Shown: piece by piece, positions 36,833 to 49,339 of the stretch | Layout of the letters: each line of letters starts with the position of its first letter | How positions within the stretch are numbered: position 1 is the stretch's first letter | Assembly: GCA_040357565.1 (NCBI GenBank) | Contig: JBDODJ010000049.1 | Strand: one strand, 5' to 3' | DNA: 64,000 bases | DNA from: Cercozoa sp. M6MM | Lineage: Eukaryota; Protista; Endomyxa: Ascetosporea | Notes under the pieces: generated by a model | Seen by the model: only the letters and a program-made list of their open reading frames with translations | Databases searched by the model: none | Told to the model about the DNA's origin: nothing | Program-made: the position numbers and the translations under genes

Positions 36833-38224
36833 CTATCGGTTGACATGTGCGTCTGTTTGGAGGACTTTCGAGTCGTAATCCCTCTCAAGACAGGCTCGCT
36901 TGCGCGGCGGCAACGCTAGAGGCGATTCCGGTATGGATGTGGCGTCAGAGATGCGACCGACACCTACTGTCGACGTGTCGGCCCTGGGGCTGATCTCATG
37001 CCACGACACTGCCAGCCGTCGCTCTGGCTCGTTTCTACCAGCGCCAAAAAAAACCTCGGTGTACCATGGTATAACTCGTAACCCTTTCCTCAACGATGAC
37101 AACGAGAGCAGCCTTACACCGTAATGAAGGCGAACGAAGGACACACCAGCAGTAATGTGGCCGCAGTTCCTTGGGACACGAAAAGACTCTAACTTTAATT
37201 GAGATTGTAAATTTAGCAGTAACAAGCGTACCGTTGAAGGTCACATCGGCAGTATTCCGGTACCGTGGCGGAACACCGTCTGAAAGCACAAAATCCAGGA
37301 AAGGTACGTGCTTCACGGGCACAACGTCGACAACAGTTGAAGTCGCGATCTCCATGTGCATTCCGCGCAAGCTCATAGGAGACAGCCAGTGTATCAGGTC
37401 GTTGTTGCCTTGATACAAGTTGAAGCCAACTCTTCGGTACAGCGACATGGCATTCAACGAGCTTTCAAGCATCACGTGACCTGGACCCACAAGTCGCAGC
37501 CAGTATCGCAGCATCGCTTCGCCGTGCCGTGCCCCCGTTCCAGGGAGAAGTGCCATCAGTCGATTGAGGTAGTGCAAACGAAACATCGTGTCAGTGTCGG
37601 TGTCGTTCTGTTGCAAGGTACGGCCAGTAGCTACTGCAAGCACCTGCCACGCGTCGTTGTTCGAGGTGTTAACAAGCGCAGCGTGGCTACAAGTGTATGT
37701 CACGTTTCTCCACGGGCTGCCTGGTTCATTGGCACGGACTGTCACGTCGTTTGCTTCAACCGTCGACCAAGGGAAAGAGGAACGATATGCTGCCTGCGCG
37801 AAGCTGTCGATCGCATTTCCGGCTGACATAACTGAATACAAAATTACTTTTTTTGACAAACTGACACTTTACAGGACATATAAATAGTACTACCAGCGTG
37901 CGTGTCACAAGAATGGTCGACATACAGTCTCAAAAACGGGGACACCTGCTCGTAGTGACCGTTCGCTCGAAGTACATTTGCCACGTGATCGTGGCACAGC
38001 CGTGTCACTGCGAGGAGCTTCTCCGGTTTGATGACACCCGGGGATATCTCAGTCGGCTGAGTCGCTTTGGGTGACGAAAGGCACTGCTTTGAGAATGCGC
38101 CTGGTCGTTGTGTCGAGCTGAGGTGCCAGCACTGCCACGTGCCGTTTCGATTCGAAGCAACGACGGCCCGCAACACACCAAAAGGTAAAAACAGCAGCGA
38201 CGAGAGCAGCAGTGGCACCACCAT
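36833..38224 (-). CDS. Signal-peptide protein with GNAT acetyltransferase-like domain, 3 exons
   Basis: Hydrophobic N-terminus MVVPLLLSSLLFLPFGVLRA; LNRLMALLPGTGARHGEAML and LESSLNAMSLYRRVGF resemble GNAT motifs A and B; two phase-1 GT-AG introns join the ORFs. Confidence 0.6.
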
Positions 38225-38399
38225 TCTTTATGTGTAGATCTAATAGGACGCTTAACAAGAGTTCTGTTTTTGTTTTATTATACAGCGTTCGGACAATCAA
38301 TCGTCAGGGGCACACGATTTGGCGCATTATCTCAGAATGGTCAGATAGAAATTCCCGATGTGTTCAAGTCAACTTTTTCTCTTTCTCCTTACTTATTAG

Positions 38400-41300
38400 T
38401 TATGGAGGCAGTTCTACGATCTTGGGCGTGACGCGTAGTTCGTGGTTGATGTGCAAGATCCCTCCGTTGTTGTCACGACGACCCATGTAGCGAGCGGCCG
38501 AAAACACAGTGACGAGATGTCCTTGCGCAAAGTACTCAATGCCGTAGTCGACGCACTGGTGCGCACGAACGAGAAGGTCCACGCTGTTCTCTTCGCAGAA
38601 GCGACGGACGCTAAATTCACACACAGAAAATACACACAATCGTGAAGAATAATTGAAGTGTTTTTTTACATGTCGGCGCCAAAGATGACGCTGACGTCGC
38701 GCGGGTTTCGACGGAAGCCCTCGAAGGCGTCTGAGTCAGCAGGGTCGCTCCACAACAAGTCCATGATGCGGTTCTTCTCCTCGAAGCCACGGAGATCGAG
38801 GTCGTCGAGCACAATTGGACGTCGGATCTGACGAATGTGATCGATGCGCTCCACCTTGCCGATTCCGCCGTGCATGCAAAGGATGCGCCCTCCGAGAAGT
38901 GCCGACAGAGGCATGTGCGAATAGAGTTCGTCGAGCTTTTCACCAAAGGTTTCGATCGTCAGCAGTGATTCGCGCAGTTTCTTCAGGCGATGCTTGTGTC
39001 TCTTTCGACGACGCTGCGAACACCCAAGAACAACTACAAGTGGTACCACACAGGAAGGAAACGTACTTCATTGGCGCGGTCGATGCGCGAGCTTGACTGC
39101 GAGCTTCCTACTGGCCGAGTGCCTGAACCAAATTGATAGAGGTCTTCGAATTCATCTTCATCCGAGCTCTTGATCGCCTCTGGCTCGTCCTCGTAGTACA
39201 AGTCCTCTTCTTCAAGGTCGTCGTCGTCGAACAGGAACGTGTTTGACATGCGAGTGATCTCTTGCACAAGGGCCGGTGAATCCTTGAACAGCAAGCGGTT
39301 GCGACACTCGCGCGAGAAGCCGTACGAACCGTTCAGTTTCGTGCTTTCGTGGTTGCCGCGAAGCAGAAAGATGCGCTCGGGATACAAAATCTTCAGTGCG
39401 CACAGCAGCGCCAAGCACTCGAGCTGTCGCTTGCCGCGATCGACATAGTCACCCAGAAACACGTACTTGGTCGAGTCCAGGTCGCCGGTTTGAGGCTCAG
39501 GCGACTGAAACGCATCAAAGAGTGCCATCAACTCTTCGTACTGTCCATGAACGTCACCGAAAACCTTGGCGAATCCGTTCTCTTCAATGTGGACATCCAC
39601 CAAGGCCGTGTCACCCTCCTGCTTGAACGCCTCAATGGTAGCTTCGAACAACTCAGATAGGTCGGTCACGGACAGGAAAAAGCCATTGTCCAGCAACATG
39701 TTCGGACAGTTAGAATCCTGTTGCACCAAAATGATTAAACCAGTTTATCGCAATGCTAAGATACAAACTTTACCTCATCTGAGCTCGTGTTCAGTTGCAC
39801 TTCTCGCTTCACAAGGAGGCGTTCGACCACTCTTGCCGCCAAAGCATGCTTCTCCCTCCGCTCATCGCTCGGAGACTTGACGTCGAGGAGGCTTTTGTCA
39901 AGACCATGCTGCAGACGACGCTGTGCACGAGAGGCCGCAAAGATATCGGCGCGTTCGACGCGAGTCGCTGTCTGAGGACGCGATCGCACCTATAAAATGT
40001 TCAGTACTCAAAGGGTTTCAAACAACTGAGTTTCAAACTGAATATTATAATACCACTGGGGTGTGCGAGAGCGTCACTCGTTTTAACCGCTCTGCCTCTG
40101 CTCGAATAAGTGCTGCGGTCGGTGCTTTTGGCGAAGGCGGAGCTGGAAACGCGAAAGTGTGACCCGTGAAACTCTGTCGTACGACGGGACTGTTGAGCAG
40201 GAGCGAGGTTGTGTCGTCGAGTTCAGACGTGTCAAAAGACTTGCGCCGTTTTCGCGAAGAGGTACGGATATCTTGCGGCATTTCACCAGTGTCAATGTCC
40301 ATCTCGCGGTCAATGTCGATGCAGACCCCTCGAGCGGCTTCGTCCTCTTCTTCATCTGATAGCTCATCCGGCACCAGGTAGCTGCCGTCGTCAGAAACCA
40401 GTTCTTCTTCGTCGGGAAGCTTCAGGGGAGTCATCGTTGGCGACTCAACTCCAGTGGCGAGAGCGCGACGCTTGATTTGTTGCTGCTCCCACTCGGCCTG
40501 CTCCGCGCGTTGTCGCTGAAGAACTTTTAAGTGACACATCAAAAAGCGATCAAGCTCTTGATCCTCGCCGATAAAGGCATGAACAAGGCGTTTGGTGCCT
40601 CGCGTGTTCTGAGCACGAGGATAAGAACGTGCGCGCCTTGTGATACAGTGCGATCAAAGATTAACATCAGTACCATCAGCATTTCTACGCAGAAGACGTT
40701 GTCGTAGTGGCGGTGGGAAACAGTGAACACGCGATGAGGCATTTGAACGAAGCGTCGAGCAAGAACGGCCCACGTAGCTTCCATGTCTTGCGTTACAACA
40801 GGGTCGTGAACAGACATGCGGCGCGGACGTTTTAACGGTGGCGATTCATCGAAGGCAGCTGACGTTTCGTCACCTTGTCCCATCAGCGGGGCTCCAATCA
40901 CATCGTCAAAGCGGCACCTGCTCGACGGAACCGGGTAGTAAGGCACGGTGGAGAACGAGCCGTCGCTGCATGAGATGCTAAACGCATGCATCGGCGCTTC
41001 TTCGGGCGTGATGATCGAGGAGCGAGCTGTTGCGCGCAGGAAAGCTAGCGAACCGCGACCAGCGACCTTTTGCGACTGCGCGACGTCGACTGCCACGGGC
41101 GACGTCGGCGGAGTGCTCACTTCTGTTGCTTTCTGCGCCGGGCTGACCGACACGCTGCTGCTACTGCTTCTAGCACTGCTTGCGGCGCTGCCTCTGGCGC
41201 TGCCTCTGTTTGTGTCCGAGTCGGGTGGAGAGTCGGAATCGCTGGAGCTCGACGAAGTGTCGGAGTCACTGAGGTGGTACCCTCCTTGCTGAAGCTGCGA

Positions 41301-42546
41301 ACTCACCAAGCGAAGCGCACGCTTCTGAGCATCCGTCAAATGCAACTGGTGCATCTGCTTCGTAGCATTGGCTAAACCCGGAAGGATCTGCAAAGCACGG
41401 TTTTTCAGCTCCACCCAGAAACAGTGGCCTTCTTGCGCGGAGAACGTGCACACAGACGGGACAGGCAAGCCTCCACCCTGAAACAAGTGATTCAGCTCGG
41501 GGGTTTCGTCGTTTGTAGTCAACTGACGCCAGCGCTTTTGGTCAAGGTTCAACTCATGGAGCTCGACGCGACGGCCGGTATGATCGCGTTCCTTCGTTGC
41601 ACGTCCAACGACAAGAAGCGAGCGCCCGACGAAAAATGCCTTGTGTTCGGAAAGCAATGGAGCGTCACCGACGTTTTTAATTGGAACCTGTGCGAATAAA
41701 GAAGTTGAGTGTGCGGGAAAAGGGTGCGAGTGCTTGTGTGAGTCCGATTGTGAAGAAGGTCGTACCTTGTACCACTCGAACTTGCCTGTTGTAGTCTTGA
41801 AGCACCACGTGTCGTTCAGAGCCTTTCCACTCGAGTCGGCGATTCCTCCAAACATGATGACATGGCAGTCGTCGACAAGAGTCATCGAGTGACCAGCTCG
41901 AGCCATAGGTCTGCCCTTTCGGTAGACGTAATCATCCAGAGTTTCGTACGCCCAGCCAGATTCATCGGGAAGCTGACGCCAGTGCTGTGATAGCAAAGAC
42001 TCGTCCTTTTTTGGTTCAGGGCGTTGTCGTTCTGGAGAGTTGATGCGCGTCGGGTCGTCTGGCAGGGTCACGACGACAGTGTCGCCATAAAACGTCTCGC
42101 CGCAGCGTCCACCGAAAAGCACGAACTTTGCGGGCAGTGGTGAATGATGACAAGGCGCGAGCGCAAATTCCGATCTCGCGGCTATGTCGTCGAGCTCGAG
42201 ACAAAAGCGGAACGGCACCAAGTCATGCACTGGATCGAATGCCATCGGGAGAGCAGGCTGCCCATCATCAAGCGAACGGGTTATTCTTTCAACGCAGAGC
42301 TGTAGCAGGGCTTACCAAATGTCGATACCACGCGCAAAGTGTTGATCGAGCGAGATCGACGGACAAGATTATCTGCCAGCAGAAACTGTACTGTGAAGGC
42401 GTCGCAGTGGACGGGAAAGTAAGTTGTACCATGTTGCTTCGCCCACATTCTTCATACGCTACGATGACATGTCGAGAGGAACGGAGTTCTTGAGGCAAAC
42501 CATTCCACGCTGCCAGTAGCGGGCTTGAGCCAAAGTGCAGCGTCAT
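38400..42546 (-). CDS. Kelch-repeat PPP-family Ser/Thr phosphatase (PPKL/BSU1-like)
   Basis: Kelch blades (FVLFGG, ARAGHSMT..IMFGG..LNDTW); GDVHGQ, GDYVDRG, RGNHE, CMHGGIG, DLLWSDP, RAHQ, TVFSAARY; start approximate. Confidence 0.9.
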
Positions 42547-43151
42547 CGGAACGATCTCCAAGTCAGCCGATATGCTCGCACGGCAGCGTACAAGCGCAAC
42601 TGCAACGCTTAAGCGTGAAAGGCTCCGCGAAAGCAACTCAGCTTGCAGAAATCGACGTTTTCAGCTTACCACACCCAGCGTTTCACCACGAGCTGACCTG
42701 CTTTCAGTTTTCAGAGATTTTACAGTTTCCAGTTCCACCGAGATTCGGAAAATAGGCAAAAACAAAGATACCGCAATTGGCAACCGCAGGTCTGTAATAG
42801 CGAGATATTCGGGAAACACACACACGACTGCGGCGCAAGCGAGATCTTGTACTGAGCACACGCGCTCCAACCCACCCCAAAAGTCCGACGCTTCGAATTT
42901 GACAGTTTGAGTCTGACGGCTCTGTTCAGTCCGTTTAAAAAACTAAACCGACCCGACCCGTCCGGACCGCGACCTGCAGTGGACTTGACGCGATGGATGG
43001 ATCCATCAACGCTAGTCTGCGCTGACGTGAGTTTAGCGAAGCGAACCTTAAGGTCGAGTCCATGCAAGTATATGGCCAGACACCACCGACAACGCCGCGT
43101 AAAACACATCACATGAAAAGCTATTGCACGATCGCTCCCGTGCGGGACCCG

Positions 43152-43901
43152 TTAAGGCGATGCGAGATCTCGCAATCGCAAGTCAGGCGCGAATTCAATG
43201 TTGCGTTCAGCATCCTCAGGGTAGTCCAAGTCGATACGTTGGAAAAGCAAAGAAGCGGCAGAAGTTGCGGAGAGTTGACGCTCGCGTAAAGCAAGTGCCG
43301 CTGCAAAACGTCGTCGAAGCAGCGCAGTCATCAATTCGCTTTGGAAGGAATGGAACAGCACATCTGCCTCCTCGAATGAACTCGGCACGGCTGGTCTATC
43401 GATCCGAATCAGCGAGAAGATCGCCAGTCCCACGGAAGCCGTGATGCGACCGATGGCTTGCAGGAAACCGAAACTCAGACCAAGCGTCCTAAAAACAAAG
43501 GAACATGCACGAAAAAGACACGCGCAGCAATCAGGAACAACTGAAGCAGTACATGAGAATGTAATCGCCGAGCAACAGAACCTTGAATCGACGCAAACGC
43601 GCCCGCTGACCCTTGTTCGGCTTTGGCGTTGCCGCTGCATAGCGCTCAAGTGCGAAGCGAAACAAAAATGGCAACTAAAATTGCAACATGAGAGGTTTGG
43701 CCTTGAAAAAAGAATGTCAATGTCAGATAAAACTTACAACCGCAGCGAGCAGAGCGGCGCGGAAGAACCAAATCATCTGCATGCCAGCACATTAAACAAC
43801 CCAAATAACACAAAGCACAAGCAACGAATCTAAGCAACTGGTACGGCCAGAATGAACTTGATGAGACTCGGAGTCAGCAAAACGTACAGCAACGACGATG
43901 T

Positions 43902-43975
<74 letters not shown>

Positions 43976-45765
43976 CACACACACGCACACACACACGCAC
44001 ACACACGCACACACACACACACAAATACATACACACACATAAATACATACACACACAAGAGCATATTGCCATCCCGATAAGGATCACGTAGAAAAGAAGC
44101 ATACCCAAAAGGTGAGCTGGTAAACAAAGAAGTAGTTGCCAGTCATCGTGGGCAAGAGATACCACACACCCGTCATTGAGGTGCGTGCGAACCTCTCTGA
44201 TTGCGGCGAAAGCTCCCTGTCAATCACGTGTACTAGCGATCATGCCGATATGTTACAGACGCCTTACCTATCTTGCATGGCCTCCTTCTGTGCGCGCACA
44301 GTGTGCCACATACCGTAGGCACACACAGAGAGTCCGCTAAACCAGACAACTTTATTATTTGAAAGAAGTGCACATACAACAAAACAGAAACGTACACAAC
44401 AGCGCCAGCAATAGAACCGATCCAAAGCACGTATTTCGGCACATCCGACAAAAGAAGAAACTTGATGGTCGTGGCCTACACCACCTCTCACAAAAATGGT
44501 ACACGTGCAAATATATAGTTACTGTTTGGAAGACCGAGACTGCTAGTACGAGACTCCTGCTCAGTTGGACCAAAGTACACACACACATGAGTAAAGGTTG
44601 TCTCCAGTAAATGTAAAGCCAAAAACTCACGAAGCAGACACGAGGGAAATCAACAGTCGCCACGAAGGCAAAGGTGTCTGCCTCTGCACTCGTTCCCACA
44701 GTTCATCGTCAGTTTTCAACGCGTTGTCAATTTCCTCTATGTGCCGGTGTGCAACAGGACCCCAGTTCAAACAGACTGAAGAAAGGCATACAACTGAAAG
44801 TGCGTGTGGAAATACCTGGCTCGAAGTCGCACTGTTCGAACCTCTCGACACAGTACGGGTTCTCGTAGTGCTCCAGTTTGCGCACACACCGGTACAGCAA
44901 GATTGCGTGCAGGCCGCATCGCGCAAACTCAAAGACCAACTATTAAAACCAACTGTTAAGCAAACAAGGGAGAGGTGTCAGTATATCAAAACCTCTGTAC
45001 CAGCACTGTGAGCATAACACTCTCCGGCAGACGTTCTTCAAGTTCGGCAAAGTTGCCCTTCTTGGACATCATGTTCAGCGTTAGTATGGTCGTGGTGACG
45101 CACTACAGTCATTCACATCAATTTCTGTATAAAATTCACGAAATCGACGCTGCATACCGAAACTATGGCCAGCGGAAATGCCACAAAAACTGCTCAGATA
45201 TTGCGGGCGACACAGTAAAAAGCAAGCGACACAGACTGAATGGGGTTTTAACTACCCCATTGCGGTCGCCACCAGCGAGAATTCGCCGCTGCAGAGAAAA
45301 ATGCCGCAAAGGTCACCGTCAGATACAACTATTCAATGAAAGTGGAACTTGCATCCGCGCGGATACTGCCTCAAATGTCGGAAAACCAAGAAGTTCATTG
45401 CAGCAAATTTACGGCTTCATCCCTCACTCGCATTTTCGTAAACGTGATTGCCATGAGCCACATGAGACTCAAGATCTGCAATGATAGATTCCCCATTGTT
45501 TGTAACATGGAATACAGGAGAGGAAAATAAAGTATCGATACGTCCACGCCCAGAAGGTGCTGGATGCGCATCGACGGTACGAATTGTGTCATGTCGAAGC
45601 AGGTGCCCATCGCGAGACAGCAGCTCCACCACCGCGGCGGCGTCACACCCAGAACGCGCAGCGACGGTTCTGGAGAAGTACCGCGGCTGATCGGGCAGCC
45701 CACAAAACAGAAGCAAGTAAATTACCACGCTCATTATCCCCAAGCAGCCTAGAAGCTTCCGACAT
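43152..45765 (-). CDS. Orphan multi-pass membrane protein, many small exons
   Basis: Exons such as ILSLMWLMAITF, LYLTVTFAAFFSA, YVLWIGSIAGAVVGLSVCAYG, YFFVYQLTFWITSSLLYVLL; 3' end uncertain. Confidence 0.55.
43907..44056. repeat. (CA)n microsatellite, intronic
   Basis: Direct reading. Confidence 0.95.
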
Positions 45766-46039
45766 GCGCAGCAGTGTACTAGTACACCAGAACACACGAC
45801 CAATAACTCGTCATGTCTATGTGCGAAGTGACTGAAGTGTGATCGGCCTGAGTGAGTTTGGCCAAGCCCGGGTGGTCATTGTGTGTCCGAATGTTGCCCT
45901 GTCGGGCTTACACAACACCTAAATGTGGTGTTGGCATTTTAAAACGACGTAGAAAGCGTATGAAGTGATGGTAAATGTCAATTTGGCTCATGCTGGTGCG
46001 CGTCAGCGACACATCCGGGTAAAACGTTCCGTGCGGAAG

Positions 46040-48261
46040 ATGCTGAACTTTGATATTTCACGCGAAGGGAATGCGCGCGAAGTCGTAATAAAATTTACTG
46101 GTAGCGAGTGACGCGAAGAAAAATACGCAAGAAGACCAATGCGTTGTTAATGCGATACCTGCAGCTGTCGAACCTGACAGTGTTGCTACTCGTGTTGCTG
46201 CTGTTGTGTCTGTACTGCTTCCTGTGGGCACTCATTTTGCATGCCTCTCAAGACATCTCCTTGGTAAGGAATTAGCGAAACTTACATCTATCTTGTATTA
46301 CTAGTATATTCTATGCCTGCCCGAGAGCAGAAGAACAGTCTGTTTCTGGTTACAACGACAGTCGTGGGTGCTGGCGCAGGTGACGAAACACTGGCTCCGA
46401 GCTCTGATGGTGTCTTTGTGTTCTGGATGCCTGCTTTGGATTTTTACGACGCCAAGAATGGTCCCCTGACAGGCTCGACTGAGCGCACGATATATTTACT
46501 GTTTATTGCCTGCAACATCATTGCTCTGGTGAGTTGAAGACTTCTGTCGGGCTTCAGTTGGTTTAAACTGGATGTGTTCTTGTTGTCTCAGGCTGCTCTG
46601 GTGGCACTAGTTGGAAGTCGACTCGTGTTTCAGTTCAGCAAGCGTCAGAAGAATTCGGTACAGTCTACAGTTTGCTTAGTTTTATTTTGTTGGTTCAATG
46701 AACAACTTCAATTAAATTCTGCCCTGTGTTGCAGACGCAAAAGAAAGCAATCAGCGCGATTTCAAGTGTGGGTAGATTTGAATTCACACTGATGTCCAAC
46801 TTGATTGAATATGTACCCATTGTATCAGTGAAAACCAGACCTCTCCAGTTGCGTCGCGCCTTCCTTTTGCGGCACAAGAGCGAGAGTCCCGAATTGGTCG
46901 ATCCCAACGTCGCTGATGCTTCGAGGGACATTTATGTCGGCGAAGACGACAGTTTTCAAGTTATGCCAGCCGAAGAAGTCAGTTCCACGGCTTCTTCCAT
47001 CTTTAGGGTAATTTGACCTCTTTACCTTGCGTTTCGCTTGTCAAGCACCGTGTGTTTTGATAGCACGAGAAGGCGCCTCCCATGACAGCGATAACTCCGT
47101 TCCAGCAGTTCAAACATCGCTGGCGACAGCGGCTGTCTCGTTTCTCGTCGAGTTTAGTCGTCTTGTGGCCTGTACTTGTACGTTCATGTTGTTTGTTCCT
47201 TAAGCTCAAAGAAAGAATGACTCAACTGAATGCAGCTTTCTTTCTTCGTCTTTGTCGCACTGATTTTGATCGGCGCCATCGCGTTCTCACGTACTCAGTT
47301 TCTGAGTTATTTTCCATTCAGTGTGAACTACCTGGACTGAAGGAAGGTGTTGACTGAGTGCAGAACTCGAGACTGGCTTTGATTTCTGGGATGCCTTGTA
47401 CTACACGATCGCGTTGGGCGTTGGCAGTGGTGCTGAAGACCTCGCCGTAGGCGACAGTGATTCACGCACTTTTGCCATGTCAGTTAGTACATGTGTTCGC
47501 AATAGTTGGTGTCTTTCTTAGATCTTTCTGATGCAGAGTGTTCTCAATTCTTGCAGTTGGAGCACTGCTTCTACTTCTCGGGTACTGACGTCTGTCCCAT
47601 TGGTTTCGTTCAAAGGGAGGGAGGGTTATGAAACCGACTGAAAGTAGAAACTCGATCGAGGCCGTGCTGGAGAACGTGCGAAACCGTCATGTCGCACGTC
47701 GACTCGCGCGGTATATTATGTGCAACTGACAAGGCTTCCTATAAAAAGCTGTGGGCGCAGACTGACTGTGTCCAAGTGGACACACATCGCAAAGCAAATC
47801 GGTGGTTCCACGGAACACACCAGTCGCGATGATGAGTACAGCAGCAGTTTGAGCGAGTCGGACAACATTTCGATAGAGAGCGAGGACAGGTCGTTGCATT
47901 CGGCCTTGTACAACACCACTACCAGTACGGGTGGTATCCAACGTCACGCCTTCGCTCTGTGCATGTTATTACAGGTACACTTACATTTAGCACGTTGTGC
48001 ATTGATGGTGTATGTATCAACGAGCACAGATGGAACTCGTGCATCCCCGGCAAGTGCAGCAGCTGCTCGCTCTGTTTGATCGGTACAGTGACAATTTGCA
48101 AAGTGATATGATACTACCAGTGGTACATTATGTTTGCTTGTAGTCTGGACACCAACAGGGACGGCGAACTGACGCCCGAGGAGATCGTAGCGGCTGAGCG
48201 TGATGGCGAGGTTCTCTTGTCGATGCTCGAAATCATTGCCTCCACGCGGCCGCCGACTTGA
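46040..48261 (+). CDS. Two-pore-domain (TPK/K2P-like) channel with C-terminal EF-hand and non-canonical filters
   Basis: TM1-pore helix NSLFLVTTTVVGAGAGD-LAP-TM2; TM3 ILIGAIAFSQLE, pore helix FWDALYYTIALGVGSGAEDL; EF loop DTNRDGELTPEE. Confidence 0.8.
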
Positions 48262-49339
48262 AACCGAAACTCACTGCCGGCTACTGTATCTTTCCGAGTC
48301 ACGAGTCAGCTCAGTTCAACCCCACTTAGTTCAATACAGCCAGGTCAGGTAGTTCGTTCAGATACAGTACGTTTGCGTAATAATATCGTACAATAAGCGA
48401 AGTTCCGAAGCAACTTGACGACGACCCGTTCACAGTTCAGGCGCCTTATGCAGGGTGGTCTAGCCTTATGGAGGGAGGTCTAGCCACCACGAAGATGGAG
48501 GACAAGAAAAAGCTTTGAGCAGCCCACCACTGTTGGTCCGCTGGGAAGTGCAGTTTCATCACTTTATTCATCAGAAGCCTGAACAAAGTGAAAGCTTGAA
48601 AAACACCTTCAAAACATGCTGCCTATACACGAAGCTTGAAAAACCTTCAAAAAATACACAAAAAGCGCATCACGAGTACGCGCAGGCGACTGGTAGTTCC
48701 CGCTTTACCGCCACCATCTCCTCTGCCCCGTCTACACCCCTTTCCATTCCCCCAGCAGGACCACACGCGCCTCGTGTCGGCGGTATTTCGCAGTTGTTGA
48801 CGACGGCGCACTCCCAGGCCCAGCCCGGAGGTACTTGCCTTCTCATCCTACGAACAGATACCCGACTTGACGTGACAGGGACAGTTGGTCACGGTCGGTC
48901 TTCTCGTAAATAATCGGATTCGAAGGTCGGTTCAGGTTCATTTTGAATTCGTTTCACTCGTCCAGCCCACTACAACGCAGCCCAACGGCGACTGGACGCG
49001 ACTGTGACTGAGTCGCACGCCTCTGGTGTACAATATGCGTCCTTGCAACCGCACCGACGCGACGAGCACTTTCTTCAGTTCAGTTAAAATACCCTTGCGT
49101 TGTAGCGTACTGACCTGAGGCTGACACTGAACCTAAAACTGTACTGTAGTTAGTTAAGTCTGTCTGGTACTGTAGTACCGTACTGTAGGCTCAGTAACAA
49201 ACTAGTAGTGCACCGTAGTCGGCGTTATTATTCGCGTGTCTGTAGTCGCGAAAGGGAAGACCGGCCCTGGGGTGCAACGATTTCAAGATGATCATACGAC
49301 AGACGCCCGTTCAGTTGAACTTTGGCGACTCCTTCGAAA

